The notes under the pieces are model-generated. The model searched no databases. It had not been told where the DNA came from and was given only the letters and a program-made list of their open reading frames with translations. A DNA stretch of 64,000 nt from Pseudomonadales bacterium (lineage in GTDB: Bacteria; Pseudomonadota; Gammaproteobacteria; Pseudomonadales; JBECKS01): contig OZ245031.1 in assembly GCA_965223975.1 (NCBI GenBank), positions 84,145 to 148,144 on the forward strand, in the 5' to 3' direction. Made by a program: the position numbers and the translations under genes. Below, piece by piece: positions 8,685 through 21,576 of this stretch (position 1 is the stretch's first letter; each line of letters opens with the position of its first letter).

Positions 8685-9554
8685 ATGCAAACCCAAAAAC
8701 TTCATCTATTTTTTTTCTTTTTGCTGAGCCTTAGCCTCTACTCCCCTTATTCACTAGGGCTAGAAGAACATGATAAGGCGAAGGAAACAGCTCAAGCAGA
8801 AAGCCCAAAGGCAGATAGAGGCCTTTTAAAGAGCACATTGGAAAAATTTAAGCGGGATGACGATAGTCCAGAAAGTCAGGTTCTCGACCCAAAATCACTC
8901 ACTCCCGTGCCTAACGCGCCACGTCCTTTCGATATCAGTTATAAAGTGTCTCTTAACGGCCTACCCGCTGGTCTCAAAGCAAAAGCCAAACTGCGCAAAG
9001 AAGGTGAAACCTACCGATTTGAACTGAAAGCTAAAAACTGGGTTCTAGACTACTTCGAGAAATCTGAATTTACCTGGAACCCTGCTGCTCCTTGCCTATT
9101 ACAAACCAAAAAATATCAATTTGATTTTGAAGGCTTTGGGCACCGAGAAGCCTTTGAGGTGGATATCGACCCTGAAAACAAGCAAGCGGAATCAACTAAT
9201 AAACAGCAAAGTCGACGCTATCAAGTACCTGGTAATGTCAGCGATGCCCTCGCTTATTTATTCAAACTACAGTGCGATTTAAAAAATGATGAGCTAAACC
9301 CAAGCTATGATATAGCCTATGAAAAAGGCTTAGACGAATACATATTTGAATATCAAGGAAAAGAAACCATCCGCACCTCGCTTGGTAAATTAGAAACCAT
9401 CGTGCTTAAGCGAATATATTCCAGCGACAAAGTACAGACGACTTATTGGATCGCTCCCGAGCTGGATTACCTAATGGTAAGAATGCGACACAAACAGGGG
9501 AAAATCGTTACGGCTACGCTAAAAGTAAGAAGCCTCAAATATTTAGAAGAATAA
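8685..9554 (+). CDS. secreted protein, DUF3108-like
   Basis: Signal-peptide-like N-terminus from the ATG at 8685 (MQTQKLHLFFFFLLSLSLYSPYSLG). The overall pattern resembles DUF3108. Family assignment is tentative. Confidence 0.5.
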   Translation: MQTQKLHLFFFFLLSLSLYSPYSLGLEEHDKAKETAQAESPKADRGLLKSTLEKFKRDDDSPESQVLDPKSLTPVPNAPRPFDISYKVSLNGLPAGLKAKAKLRKEGETYRFELKAKNWVLDYFEKSEFTWNPAAPCLLQTKKYQFDFEGFGHREAFEVDIDPENKQAESTNKQQSRRYQVPGNVSDALAYLFKLQCDLKNDELNPSYDIAYEKGLDEYIFEYQGKETIRTSLGKLETIVLKRIYSSDKVQTTYWIAPELDYLMVRMRHKQGKIVTATLKVRSLKYLEE

Positions 9555-9583
9555 AAAAAGCCCGCATAAGCGGGCTTTTTTTA
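9553..9583. terminator. bidirectional intrinsic terminator
   Basis: A7-AGCCCGC-ATAA-GCGGGCT-T8, lying between convergent genes. Confidence 0.8.
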
Positions 9584-9606
9584 TTCTAATACTTTTTAAA
9601 CAAAGC

Positions 9607-10536
9607 TTAGATTTGTTTTTCTAGCTCTGGAACCGCGTCAAAAAGATCAGCAACCAGACCATAATCAGAGACTTGGAAGATAGGTGCTTCCTCGTCTTTG
9701 TTAATCGCTACGATTACTTTAGAGTCTTTCATACCGGCCAAATGCTGAATAGCTCCAGAAATACCAACAGCGATATAAAGGTCAGGAGCAACGATCTTAC
9801 CCGTTTGACCGACTTGCATATCGTTAGGTACGAAACCTGCGTCTACAGCTGCACGAGATGCGCCAACAGCAGCACCTAGCTTATCAGCCACGGCCTCAAG
9901 CATGGCGAAGTTCTCTCCATTTTGCATACCGCGACCACCAGAAATAACAACGCTTGCAGCGGTTAGTTCAGGACGGTCAGATTTAACGATCTCTTCGCCA
10001 ACAAAGCTTGAAAGGCCAGCGTCATGAGCGATGTCACAAGCTTCAACGCTTGCTGAACCACCTTCTGCCGCTACCGCGTCAAAGCCAGTCGCACGAACAG
10101 TGATCACTTTGATCGCGTCACCGCTTTGTACAGTCGCTACAGCGTTACCTGCATAGATAGGACGCTTAAATGTATCTTCTGAAACCACTTCAATGATTTC
10201 TGAGATTTGAGCAACGTCTAATAAAGCTGCAACGCGAGGCGCAAAGTTTTTACCGTTAGTAGTGGCTGGAGCCAATACGTGTGAGTAATCCTTAGCCACT
10301 TCTGCTACTAAAGCAGATACATTTTCAGCCAATTGATTTTGATAAGCTGCGTTGTCAGCCAAAAGCACTTTGCTTACGCCATCTACTTTTGTTGCTTCGT
10401 CAGCTACAGCAGCACAGCCTGAGCCTGCTACTAATACTGTGATATCGCCACCGATTGCTTTAGCAGCGGCAACAACGTTTAAAGTCGCAGCGTTTAAGCT
10501 AGCGTTATCGTGTTCTGCATATACTAAAGTCGCCAT
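9607..10536 (-). CDS. etfA: electron transfer flavoprotein alpha subunit
   Basis: 309 aa. The C-terminal FAD-binding block is [37 protein letters not shown]. Confidence 0.95.
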   Translation of the reverse strand: MATLVYAEHDNASLNAATLNVVAAAKAIGGDITVLVAGSGCAAVADEATKVDGVSKVLLADNAAYQNQLAENVSALVAEVAKDYSHVLAPATTNGKNFAPRVAALLDVAQISEIIEVVSEDTFKRPIYAGNAVATVQSGDAIKVITVRATGFDAVAAEGGSASVEACDIAHDAGLSSFVGEEIVKSDRPELTAASVVISGGRGMQNGENFAMLEAVADKLGAAVGASRAAVDAGFVPNDMQVGQTGKIVAPDLYIAVGISGAIQHLAGMKDSKVIVAINKDEEAPIFQVSDYGLVADLFDAVPELEKQI

Positions 10537-10537
10537 C

Positions 10538-11287
10538 TTAAATCACCTTCGCTTCGTTCTTAAGTTTATCTACTAGTTGGTCCACAGACTCAACGATGAT
10601 GCCCGCTTGACGCTCTGCAGGTGGCTCAACGCTAATCGTTTTAACACGTGGAGCAACATCAACACCTAAATCACCAGGAGTTTTGGTGTCTAGAGGCTTT
10701 TTCTTAGCCTTCATAATGTTAGGCAAAGAAGCGTAACGAGGCTCGTTCAAACGAAGGTCAGTCGTCACGATCGCTGGAAGATTGATCTCGATAGTTTGCA
10801 AACCACCATCGATTTCACGAGTCACTTTAGCTTTGCCGTCGGCAATCACTACCTCTGACGCGAAAGTCGCTTGAGAAAGACCTGCGAGTGCTGCCAACAT
10901 TTGACCAGTTTGGTTATTGTCACCATCGATTGCTTGCTTACCAAGAATAACCAACTCTGGCTTTTCTTCGTCGACAATAGTCTTTAATAGTTTCGCAACG
11001 TTTAGAGGCTCTACCTCTTCGTCAGTCTCTACCAAAATGCCGCGATCAGCACCCAAAGCCATTGCGGTACGCAATTGCTCTTGAGCAGTTTTTGGACCAA
11101 TACATACAGCGACAATCTCTGTGGCAGTGCCCGCTTCTTTTAATCGTACCGCTTCTTCAACGGCGATTTCACAGAAGGGGTTCATAGCCATTTTAACGTT
11201 GTTAAGATCAACGCCAGAATTGTCTCCCTTTACGTTGACTTTGACATTAGCGTCAACAACTCGTTTGACAGCAACAAGAACCTTCAT
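10538..11287 (-). CDS. etfB: electron transfer flavoprotein beta subunit
   Basis: 249 aa ([12 protein letters not shown]..., [15 protein letters not shown]). It lies 1 nt upstream of etfA. Confidence 0.95.
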   Translation of the reverse strand: MKVLVAVKRVVDANVKVNVKGDNSGVDLNNVKMAMNPFCEIAVEEAVRLKEAGTATEIVAVCIGPKTAQEQLRTAMALGADRGILVETDEEVEPLNVAKLLKTIVDEEKPELVILGKQAIDGDNNQTGQMLAALAGLSQATFASEVVIADGKAKVTREIDGGLQTIEINLPAIVTTDLRLNEPRYASLPNIMKAKKKPLDTKTPGDLGVDVAPRVKTISVEPPAERQAGIIVESVDQLVDKLKNEAKVI

Positions 11288-11624
11288 GGAATCCTCGGTT
11301 TATTACTAGTTTAAAGAAAGAAGGTCGATCGACCCCCACGAAAGGCCGGTATCTTCCTCTTTTATCTATCCTAGGTCAATAGCACTAGCGCCCCCGCTGT
11401 CGTGCAAATAAGCCACATAAAATGCTTATTTTTTGTACAATAGTCGTCTATTCACAAGCGCTATTTCTAATATTTTTATGGCCATTTAAGACTCAGCTGT
11501 CCTTAGTGTCGCTAGCACTTAGCTATCTTCTCGAATATAATTGCGCCGCGCTGGAGGTATGCGTCATGAGCTGCCTCAAATATTAGCTAAGTTATTGTTT
11601 AAATTACCTTTTGGGGGATTGTGT

Positions 11625-13280
11625 ATGGAACGCGAATCGATGGAAGTGGATGTAGTAATCGTTGGTGCTGGCCCTTCTGGACTAGCAGCTGCTTGTCGAA
11701 TCGGCCAAATGGCCCAAGAAAGTGGCCAAGAATTATCAGTAGTCGTGGTAGAAAAAGGCTCTGAAGTCGGTGCACACATCCTTTCCGGTGCTGTTATGCA
11801 GCCTACCGCGATGAACGAGCTATTTCCTAACTGGAAAGAGCTAGGAGCCCCATTAAACGTCCCTGTGACTGATGACGAGGTTCACTTTTTAACAAGCGGC
11901 AGTAGTGGTATCAAGCTTCCAGGCCTTTTTGTACCGCCGGGCATGCATAACGATGGCAACTATGTCATCAGCCTAGGCAACGTATGCCGCTGGTTAGCTG
12001 AGCAAGCTGAAGGCATGGGTATTGAAATCTTCCCAGGCTTTGCCGCTGATCACGTACTTTACAATGAAGACGGTAGCGTTAAAGGTATCGGTACTGGCGA
12101 CATGGGTATCTCTGAGTCTGGAGAGCAAAAAGACGGCTACATGCCGGGCATGGACCTAATCGCCAAATACACTATCTTCAGCGAAGGTAACCGTGGCCAC
12201 CTAGGTAAGCAACTGATTGAGAAGTTCGACCTAGATAAAGACTCTGGTACTCAGCACTATGCAATCGGTATCAAAGAACTTTGGGAAATCGACCCCGAAA
12301 AGCATAAAGAAGGCTTTGTACTACACACTATGGGCTGGCCTCTTACCGAAACCGGTTCTACTGGTGGCGGCTGGGCATACCATGCTGAAAACAACCAAGT
12401 ATCACTTGGTCTGATGGTAGACCTTAGCTACACCAACCCTCATCTTAGCCCTTTTGATGAGATGCAACGCTGGAAAACTAACCCTGCTATTGCGAGCATG
12501 TTAGAGGGCGGAAAACGAGTTTCCTACGGTGCTCGCGCGATTAACAAAGGCGGCCTACAAGCAGTTCCTAAACTGACCTTCCCTGGTGGTTTGCTGTCGG
12601 GTTGCGACGCAGGCTTTATGAACATGCCTAAAATCAAAGGCAGCCACAACGCAATGAAGACTGGTATGTTGGCTGGTGAAGCTGTTTTTGAAGCTATCGC
12701 AGGTGGTAAAGAAGGTGGTGATGAACTTACTGATTACACTACTAAAGTAGAAGGCTCTTGGGTTTATGATGAACTTAGAGAAGCCCGAAATGTTGCCCCT
12801 GCTCTACATAAGTTTGGCATGTTTATTGGATCAGCTTATGCGTTTATTGATCAGGTAATATTCAGAGGCAAACTTCCGATTACCTTATCTGACCCGCAAG
12901 CTGACCATGAAACCTTAAAGCCTGCAGATAAGTGCAAGAAAATTGATTATCCAAAACCGGATGGAAAGCTAACATTCAACAAATTGGATTCGGTATTTTT
13001 ATCCAACACCAACCACGAAGAAGATCAGCGCTGTCACTTACAGCTTGCTGACCCTTCAATTCCTTTGGATAAAAACTTACCCATGTACGACGAGCCCGCA
13101 CAGCGTTACTGCCCTGCTGGCGTTTATGAAATTGTTGAAGAAGAAAATGGAGACAAGCGCTTCCAAATCAATTCTCAAAACTGCGTACACTGCAAAACAT
13201 GTGATATTAAAGACCCAGCACAAAACATAAACTGGGTAACACCTGAAGGTGGCGGCGGTCCTAATTATCCAAATATGTAA
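11625..13280 (+). CDS. electron transfer flavoprotein-ubiquinone oxidoreductase
   Basis: DVVIVGAGPSG dinucleotide fold and a C-terminal 4Fe-4S motif (CVHCKTCDIKDP). The ATG at 11625 follows GGGGGA. The gene is divergent from etfBA. Confidence 0.9.
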   Translation: MERESMEVDVVIVGAGPSGLAAACRIGQMAQESGQELSVVVVEKGSEVGAHILSGAVMQPTAMNELFPNWKELGAPLNVPVTDDEVHFLTSGSSGIKLPGLFVPPGMHNDGNYVISLGNVCRWLAEQAEGMGIEIFPGFAADHVLYNEDGSVKGIGTGDMGISESGEQKDGYMPGMDLIAKYTIFSEGNRGHLGKQLIEKFDLDKDSGTQHYAIGIKELWEIDPEKHKEGFVLHTMGWPLTETGSTGGGWAYHAENNQVSLGLMVDLSYTNPHLSPFDEMQRWKTNPAIASMLEGGKRVSYGARAINKGGLQAVPKLTFPGGLLSGCDAGFMNMPKIKGSHNAMKTGMLAGEAVFEAIAGGKEGGDELTDYTTKVEGSWVYDELREARNVAPALHKFGMFIGSAYAFIDQVIFRGKLPITLSDPQADHETLKPADKCKKIDYPKPDGKLTFNKLDSVFLSNTNHEEDQRCHLQLADPSIPLDKNLPMYDEPAQRYCPAGVYEIVEEENGDKRFQINSQNCVHCKTCDIKDPAQNINWVTPEGGGGPNYPNM

Positions 13281-13288
13281 GCCAACTT

Positions 13289-13318
13289 AAAAAAACCCCG
13301 CAGCGCGGGGTTTTTTTT
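13289..13318. terminator. bidirectional intrinsic terminator
   Basis: A7-CCCCGC-AGC-GCGGGG-T8, lying between convergent genes. Confidence 0.8.
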
Positions 13319-13321
13319 GCC

Positions 13322-13852
13322 TTAAATTTGTCCGATTAAAAAGCGTTTATCCTTACATTCTAAAAAGAATTTTCCTTCCTCCTCTACCGCTTGCTCAACC
13401 GCTTGATAAAATACGCTACGATTAAAACGAGCAAGCAGACCATTCCTTACTTTTAAATAAGGCAAAACCTCTCCGCCAAAACTAGGCTGACGCAGCACTA
13501 AACAACCCTCATGCTCAACCTCAAACACATCATCCAAATTTGTTCGAGCAACCAAACTATCTTTGTGAATTTCCAACTCCACAATTAACAACGCAGAATC
13601 CTCAACTACAATTCTAGCTTTCTCTACAGGGGTCACTAAAAAATGCTCACCCTCTTCAGCAATTAGAATTTTTGAAAAAAGTTGAACTAACTTTTTCCGT
13701 TTTATCTCATCTCCCTCGTGAAACCAGCGGCCTTCTTTATCTATTTTCAAATCAAAATCATAAATCCGTTCTGGCTTCCAAAGATGAACAGGCGGAAGCT
13801 TATCCAAGCCTTCACCGGCTTCTTGTAATTTATCAAACAAGCTAAGTGACAT
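13322..13852 (-). CDS. DUF1285 domain protein
   Basis: WFHEGDEIKRKKLVQLFSKILIAEEGEHFLVTPVEKARIVVEDSALLIV matches the DUF1285 pattern. The start at the ATG at 13852 follows AGAGGT. Confidence 0.7.
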   Translation of the reverse strand: MSLSLFDKLQEAGEGLDKLPPVHLWKPERIYDFDLKIDKEGRWFHEGDEIKRKKLVQLFSKILIAEEGEHFLVTPVEKARIVVEDSALLIVELEIHKDSLVARTNLDDVFEVEHEGCLVLRQPSFGGEVLPYLKVRNGLLARFNRSVFYQAVEQAVEEEGKFFLECKDKRFLIGQI

Positions 13853-13862
13853 AAGACCTCTA

Positions 13863-13922
13863 TTTATAAACTTATTTATAAACCTGTGTTTAAATGTCTG
13901 TATAAACCTTTGTATAAATAAG
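13863..13922. repeat. degenerate 12-bp tandem array (5 units) in the DUF1285 gene leader/promoter
   Basis: The units are tttataaactta, tttataaacctg, tgtttaaatgtc, tgtataaacctt and tgtataaataag, read directly from the sequence. Confidence 0.6.
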
Positions 13923-14112
13923 AGCACAGCGTTAGGCTAAGTTTTAAAGTATACGCCCAAAACCCGCTTACGGATCTATGTTTTTTGCTATCAGTCAAAT
14001 AAATAACCTACCACTGGTCGTTTCCCTTATCTTATATATAGTAAGCAAAATAGGCGCATGCTAGACTGAAATCGCTGTACCACAATCACTCATGTCAAAA
14101 AGGAGACACACC

Positions 14113-14670
14113 ATGAGCATAAAAAGAACAGCCTTAATAATACTCGCCTCTACTTTTTTACTAGGCCTTTTTAGCGTCAATAGCCACGCCGAAGAGCAAA
14201 ACTTCTACGCCGGAATTAGAGCAGCGACAGTAAGCGTCGACGAAAAAGAAATAGATGAGCTTAAAAATTCTGATGTCGACATCAAGAACGCTAGCAAAGG
14301 GTCTCTTATTATCGGTTATGTTGTTAACCCAACAGTTTCTTTCGAGGCTGAAATAGGAACTTCGAGTCACGAGATTAGCGGCGGGGTCTTTGACGCAATA
14401 AACGTTGATTTAGACATCGGCACCTTTGGACTATACGGTGTTTATAGAAGCGAAGGTCAATATTATTTTAAAGGGCGTGGTGGCTTGATTAGTCGTAGCA
14501 CCGAATTTTCTCCTGACACTCTTAACGCTGGCAAAGACAGCGCTGGTTTACTCGCTATTGGACTAGGTGGCGGCATGCGCTTTAACCAAGTGTTATTGGA
14601 AGCGGAATGGACCAGCATCGAATCAGGTATTGGCGCTTTCGGTTTCAACGCTATTTACAACTTTAAATAG
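14113..14670 (+). CDS. small outer-membrane beta-barrel protein (OmpW/OmpA-TM-like)
   Basis: Signal peptide MSIKRTALIILASTFLLGLFSVNSHA after AGGAG. The sequence has an alternating amphipathic pattern, a Gly/aromatic-rich composition and a C-terminal ...AIYNFK. Confidence 0.6.
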   Translation: MSIKRTALIILASTFLLGLFSVNSHAEEQNFYAGIRAATVSVDEKEIDELKNSDVDIKNASKGSLIIGYVVNPTVSFEAEIGTSSHEISGGVFDAINVDLDIGTFGLYGVYRSEGQYYFKGRGGLISRSTEFSPDTLNAGKDSAGLLAIGLGGGMRFNQVLLEAEWTSIESGIGAFGFNAIYNFK

Positions 14671-14684
14671 TTTCCTAAATCCCT

Positions 14685-14709
14685 GCGCTCCCTCCATATT
14701 CGGGAGCGC
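14685..14709 (+). terminator. terminator-like hairpin
   Basis: GCGCTCCC-N9-GGGAGCGC sits just after the OMP stop. The T-tract is weak. Confidence 0.4.
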
Positions 14710-14755
14710 TTAGGCTAATCGCTACGTTAATGTTACCCAGGCCTCTGTCAAAAAG

Positions 14756-15367
14756 ATGTCCAAGCTAGTTATTTTTAACAAACCCTTTCAAGTCCTGTCT
14801 CAGTTTAGCCCAATTGACCAAAAAGCCTGCCTTGCTGATTTCCTTGATAAGCCTGAAATCAAAAACTGCTATCCAGCTGGACGACTAGATTACGACTCCG
14901 AAGGTCTGTTGTTATTGACTGATGAGGGAAAGCTTCAGCATCAAATCACCCACCCTAAACATAAGCTCAACAAAAGTTACTGGGTACAAGTCGAGGGGAA
15001 GCCCACTCTCAAGGATCTAGCCCCCCTAAAAAAGGGAATCACCTTAAAGGACGGCCCCTGCAAACCAGCAAAGGTGGAGATTATTTCAGAACCTAAGATT
15101 TGGAAACGCGAGCCTCCGATTCGTCACCGCAAAGACGACGTCACAAGCTGGTTAAATATTACAATTAGTGAAGGTAGAAACCGCCAAGTGAGAAGAATGT
15201 GTGGAGCTATTGGCTTTCCTTGTTTAAGACTCGTTAGACACCAAATCGGCACATGGGATTTAAAGACTCTCGCCCCAGGCGAATACACTATTCAACAAGT
15301 CCACCTGCCCCAAGATGCCAAGCCTTTTGGAAAAAGCTCTTCTAAACACAAAAGATCATCAAAATAA
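14756..15367 (+). CDS. rluE: 23S rRNA pseudouridine synthase, RsuA/RluE family
   Basis: GRLDYDSEGLLLLTDEG catalytic-Asp motif. Its position next to nudJ-mnmA-hflD-purB matches E. coli. Confidence 0.8.
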   Translation: MSKLVIFNKPFQVLSQFSPIDQKACLADFLDKPEIKNCYPAGRLDYDSEGLLLLTDEGKLQHQITHPKHKLNKSYWVQVEGKPTLKDLAPLKKGITLKDGPCKPAKVEIISEPKIWKREPPIRHRKDDVTSWLNITISEGRNRQVRRMCGAIGFPCLRLVRHQIGTWDLKTLAPGEYTIQQVHLPQDAKPFGKSSSKHKRSSK

Positions 15368-15450
15368 GCCTACAACCCTTCGCTAGGCTAGAAAATAAAC
15401 CTCGAAGGCGGGATAATACGCTCCCTTTTTTAGCAAATAGATATACCAAA

Positions 15451-15903
15451 ATGCCCTGGCTTCCCCACCTCACTGTGGCCTGTATGGTCGAATGCAACGG
15501 AAAACTGCTCTTTGTGGAAGAGCGCTCACAAGGCTCTATCGTGCTCAATCAACCTGCGGGGCACCTAGAGGATGGCGAAACGCTAGCGCAAGCTGCCCTA
15601 CGCGAAACACTAGAGGAAAGTGGCTGCACCGTAGAGTTAGAAGCAATTCAAGGTATATACAAACATCGCTCTCTCGAGAAAGACTGCACCTATATCCGAG
15701 TTTGCTACCTTGCTAAACTCATCCAAGAAGATGTTAACCGAGAGCTTGATCAAGACATCATTCGAACGGCGTGGCTAAGTCCAGAAGAAGCGTTACAACA
15801 AGAAGCACGCTTTCGTAGCCCACTGGTCAAAAACTGCATTCAAGATTTTCTGAATAACAAAACTTATCCGCTTGAACTGGTGGACGAGCTGATCGACTCC
15901 TAA
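15451..15903 (+). CDS. nudJ: NUDIX hydrolase NudJ
   Basis: Nudix box [22 protein letters not shown]. The [22 protein letters not shown] and YPLE blocks parallel E. coli NudJ. Confidence 0.8.
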   Translation: MPWLPHLTVACMVECNGKLLFVEERSQGSIVLNQPAGHLEDGETLAQAALRETLEESGCTVELEAIQGIYKHRSLEKDCTYIRVCYLAKLIQEDVNRELDQDIIRTAWLSPEEALQQEARFRSPLVKNCIQDFLNNKTYPLELVDELIDS

Positions 15904-15904
15904 T

Positions 15905-17023
15905 ATGCACACTTCTAAAGGTAAAGTCATAGTCGGAATGTCCGGAGGAGTAGACTCCTCTGTAAGCGCCCTATTGCTTCAACAACAAGGTTATGAAGTT
16001 GAAGGCCTGTTCATGAAAAACTGGGACGAAGACGACGGCAGCGAATATTGCACAGCCAAAGAAGACCTAGCCGACGCTCAAAAAGTCTGTGACCGCCTAG
16101 GCATTCACTTACACACCGCCAACTTTGCAGCGGAGTATTGGGATAACGTTTTTGACCATTTTCTAGAAGAATACCAAGCCGGTCGAACCCCTAATCCAGA
16201 TGTACTATGTAATCGCGAAATTAAATTCAAAGTATTTAAAGACTATGCTGAGCTACTTGGCTGCGACTTTATCGCAACCGGGCATTACAGCCGCCTTACT
16301 CATGTAGATGGTCAAGCCACTTTGCTAAAGGGTTTAGACAACAACAAGGATCAGAGCTATTTTTTACATGCGGTTAGCGCCGAGCAGTTTAAAAACGTTC
16401 TATTCCCTGTTGGTGAGCTTCCCAAATCAGAGGTAAGAAAAATTGCCGAAGAACATGATTTGGTCACCCATGACAAAAAAGACAGCACCGGTATTTGTTT
16501 TATAGGAGAACGACGTTTTAAAGATTTCTTACAACAATATATTCCTGCTAAACCAGGTCCAATAAAAACCAAGTATTCTCCTAAGGGTGAAGTTACCATT
16601 GGTGAGCACTCTGGCTTGATGTACCACACGATTGGCCAGCGCCAAGGTTTGGGTATTGGTGGCCTAAAAGATTTTAACGAAGACCCTTGGTTTGTTTCAG
16701 AAAAAGATCTCGACTCAAAATCACTTTATGTTGTTCAAGGTGGGCAACATCCTGATCTTCTCAAGCAAACTTTAGAATGCGAAGAGATACATTGGATCAA
16801 TGGTGCTCCTGAGTTCCCTTATCAGTGCTCTGCTAAAACACGCTATCGCCAAGAGGATCAAGCCTGTGAAATTCACCTAGGCTCAGTCGCCGAAGATGGG
16901 AGCCAAAGGTATGAAGTGCGTTTTGAACAAAAACAACGCGCTATCACCCCGGGGCAATACCTTGTGATTTATCAAGGCGAACACTGCCTGGGTGGCGGCG
17001 TTATCAGTCAGGCTAGGGACTAG
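15905..17023 (+). CDS. mnmA: tRNA 2-thiouridine(34) synthase
   Basis: PP-loop [10 protein letters not shown] plus CNREIKF and [11 protein letters not shown] blocks. Confidence 0.95.
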   Translation: MHTSKGKVIVGMSGGVDSSVSALLLQQQGYEVEGLFMKNWDEDDGSEYCTAKEDLADAQKVCDRLGIHLHTANFAAEYWDNVFDHFLEEYQAGRTPNPDVLCNREIKFKVFKDYAELLGCDFIATGHYSRLTHVDGQATLLKGLDNNKDQSYFLHAVSAEQFKNVLFPVGELPKSEVRKIAEEHDLVTHDKKDSTGICFIGERRFKDFLQQYIPAKPGPIKTKYSPKGEVTIGEHSGLMYHTIGQRQGLGIGGLKDFNEDPWFVSEKDLDSKSLYVVQGGQHPDLLKQTLECEEIHWINGAPEFPYQCSAKTRYRQEDQACEIHLGSVAEDGSQRYEVRFEQKQRAITPGQYLVIYQGEHCLGGGVISQARD

Positions 17024-17026
17024 CGG

Positions 17027-19128
<2,102 letters not shown>

Positions 19129-19159
19129 ATACCTAAGGAAATTTTCCTAACAAAAAGTC

Positions 19160-19190
19160 AAAAAAAAGGCCGTCAATGACGGCCTTTTTT
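19160..19190. terminator. bidirectional intrinsic terminator
   Basis: A8-GGCCGTC-AAT-GACGGCC-T6, lying between convergent purB and glcB. Confidence 0.8.
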
Positions 19191-19197
19191 AATTGCG

Positions 19198-21366
19198 TTA
19201 GCTAGCTTTCGCTTTTAACTCCTTACGACGAGCATGTAACACAGGCTCGGTGTAACCGTTAGGCTGTTCACGGCCTTTAAGCACCAAGTCACAAGCCGCT
19301 TGGTAAGCAATACTGTCACCAAAGTTCGGCGACATGTTTTGATAGCCGGGATCTCCCGCATTTTGATCATCGACCACTTCAGCCATGCGCTTAAGGGTTT
19401 CCACCACTTGCTCTTCAGTACAAATACCGTGATGAATCCAGTTAGCTATGTGCTGGCTAGAAATACGTAGAGTCGCGCGATCTTCCATCAGACCAACGTT
19501 ATCGATATCAGGTACTTTTGAACAACCAACGCCCTGATCAATCCAGCGAACCACATAACCCAAAATTCCTTGAGCGTTGTTATCAAGTTCCGCCTGAACT
19601 TCTTCTGCACTTAGATTGTTTTCTTTCATTACTGGAACAGTAAGAATGTTATCCAGTGACGCTCTAGGTCGAGACATAATACCTTCTTGAATCGAAGCCA
19701 CAGACTCAAGGTGATAGTGCATTACGTGTAAAGTTGCAGCAGTAGGCGATGGTACCCATGCACAGTTTGCACCCGCACGAGGATGAGCCACTTTTGCTTC
19801 CATCATCTCAGCCATTTCGTCTGGCTTAGCCCACATACCTTTGCCGATTTGCGCCTTACCTTTGAGGCCACACATTAAACCTGTATCGACGTTCCAGTCT
19901 TCGTAAGAAAGAATCCAAGACTCACCCTTCATCGCGCCCTTAGGCACCATAGCGCCCGCTTCCATACTGGTATGAATCTCATCACCAGTTCGATCAAGGA
20001 AACCTGTGTTAATAAAGATCACGCGCTCTTTAGCGGCACGAATACATTCTTTAAGGTTAATGGTTGTGCGACGCTCTTCATCCATAATGCCTAACTTTAG
20101 GGTGTTCTTGGCCATACCTAGGGCTTCTTCGACACGACCATAAAGGGTATTGGAAAAAGCGACTTCTTCAGGGCCGTGCATCTTAGGCTTAACAATATAA
20201 ACACTGCCACTTCGGCTGTTTTTAAAGGGGCTATTACCTTTAAGATCATGTAATGCGATCAAACTAGTGATCATGGCATCCATAAAACCTTCGGGTACTT
20301 CACGTCCTTCTGAATCTAGGATCGCATCGTTAGTCATTAGGTGACCTACGTTACGCACTAACAACAAGCTTCGGCCTTGAAGCTTCAAGTCACCGCCATT
20401 TCGTCCGTTGAAGGTCTTATCGCCATTTAAGGTTCTCTTTAAGGTTTGACCGCCCTTTTGGAAGCTCTCTTCTAAGTTACCTTTGTTTAACCCCAACCAG
20501 TTTTGGTAAACCAATACTTTATCTTCAGCGTCAACCGCAGCCACTGAATCTTCACAATCTTGAATAGTGGTAATGGCAGACTCTAGGCAAACGTCTTGAA
20601 GACCAGCGCTGTGATCTTTACCAATCACCCCACTACGATCTACTTGTAGCTCAATATGTAAGTTATTGTTTTTTAACAGAATAGAGCTTGGCTCTTGCTC
20701 ACTACCACTGAAACCTTGGTATTGATTGGGGTCTTGCAGACAAGTGATTTTCCCTCCTGCTAGCTCGGCTTGAAAAGCGCCATCTTGGCAGCGATAAGCC
20801 TGAACCTCGGCGTGCTTAGCGCCTTCTAAAGGCACAGCTTTGTCTAAAAACTCAGAAGCATAGGCGATTACCTTGTTACCACGGACCGGATTGTATCCAC
20901 CTGCCTTTTCAGCGCCACCCTCTTCCGAGATTACGTCAGTACCGTAAAGCGCGTCGTAAAGGCTGCCCCATCGAGCGTTGGCAGCGTTTAGAGAGAAACG
21001 AGCGTTGTTGATGGGAACCACCAATTGAGGACCTGCGATATTGGCAATCTCGTCATCGATGTTCTCAGGGGCCACTTCAAAATCTTCTCCCTCAGGTAAC
21101 AAGTAACCAATCTCTAAGAGATAAGCCTTGTAAGTCTCAAAGTCAGCATTTGGATTGGCTTTATGCCACGCGTCAAGGGTCTCTTGAAACTGATCACGCT
21201 TCGCCAGTAAGTCGCGATTAACTGGGGCTAAGTCGTTGACTATATTCGAAAAACCAGACCAGAATTGATCAAGTTCGATTCCTGTACCTGGAATCGCTTC
21301 TTGCTCGATGAAGTCAAAGAGTATTTTCTCGATTTGCAGCCCAGAGTGGCTAATGCGCTCGCTCAT
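19198..21366 (-). CDS. glcB: malate synthase G
   Basis: 722 aa from the ATG at 21366 ([29 protein letters not shown]...), colinear with E. coli GlcB from residue 1. The TTG-initiated extension to 21471 is rejected. Confidence 0.95.
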   Translation of the reverse strand: MSERISHSGLQIEKILFDFIEQEAIPGTGIELDQFWSGFSNIVNDLAPVNRDLLAKRDQFQETLDAWHKANPNADFETYKAYLLEIGYLLPEGEDFEVAPENIDDEIANIAGPQLVVPINNARFSLNAANARWGSLYDALYGTDVISEEGGAEKAGGYNPVRGNKVIAYASEFLDKAVPLEGAKHAEVQAYRCQDGAFQAELAGGKITCLQDPNQYQGFSGSEQEPSSILLKNNNLHIELQVDRSGVIGKDHSAGLQDVCLESAITTIQDCEDSVAAVDAEDKVLVYQNWLGLNKGNLEESFQKGGQTLKRTLNGDKTFNGRNGGDLKLQGRSLLLVRNVGHLMTNDAILDSEGREVPEGFMDAMITSLIALHDLKGNSPFKNSRSGSVYIVKPKMHGPEEVAFSNTLYGRVEEALGMAKNTLKLGIMDEERRTTINLKECIRAAKERVIFINTGFLDRTGDEIHTSMEAGAMVPKGAMKGESWILSYEDWNVDTGLMCGLKGKAQIGKGMWAKPDEMAEMMEAKVAHPRAGANCAWVPSPTAATLHVMHYHLESVASIQEGIMSRPRASLDNILTVPVMKENNLSAEEVQAELDNNAQGILGYVVRWIDQGVGCSKVPDIDNVGLMEDRATLRISSQHIANWIHHGICTEEQVVETLKRMAEVVDDQNAGDPGYQNMSPNFGDSIAYQAACDLVLKGREQPNGYTEPVLHARRKELKAKAS

Positions 21367-21378
21367 AATTCGTCTCTC

Positions 21379-21426
21379 TATTGGTTTTACTATGGGTTTT
21401 GCTATGGGTTTTGCTATGGGTTTTTC
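21379..21426. repeat. 12-bp tandem repeat x4 immediately upstream of the glcB start
   Basis: The units are tattggttttac, tatgggttttgc, tatgggttttgc and tatgggtttttc (plus strand). The array lies 13-60 nt upstream of the ATG at 21366. Confidence 0.85.
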
Positions 21427-21524
21427 TGTTCGTTGCTCTAAATACGGAAACTTGATGCTCAGTGGATCCAAAAACTGGAAAAAGCGAGTCTAGCATGCAA
21501 GCGTAAGCAAAATTAATCACTTGC

Positions 21525-21541
21525 GAATATACCCAATATTC
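21525..21541. promoter_or_regulatory. inverted repeat GAATAT-N5-ATATTC in the glcB upstream region (possible operator)
   Basis: Perfect 6-bp arms read from the sequence. It lies between the LysR-gene stop and glcB. Its function is unknown. Confidence 0.25.
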
Positions 21542-21576
21542 ACATTTATTATTGCTTCTAAAGGGCTATAAATTCG

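Noticed and set aside
11541-11624. Upstream extension of ETF-QO (track start at 11541)
   Set aside because: The TTG-type extension adds a non-conserved basic peptide. The ATG at 11625 follows GGGGGA and places the GAGPSG FAD fold at the usual distance from the N-terminus.
21379-21426. Possible miniature CRISPR-like array
   Set aside because: The units are directly head-to-tail with no spacers, are only 12 bp long, and no cas genes are present. It is a simple tandem repeat.
21367-21471. N-terminal extension of malate synthase G containing [15 protein letters not shown]
   Set aside because: It starts at a TTG with no SD. E. coli-type GlcB aligns from the internal Met at 21366. The peptide repeat is simply the in-frame reading of the 12-bp DNA tandem repeat, which is reported as a repeat instead.
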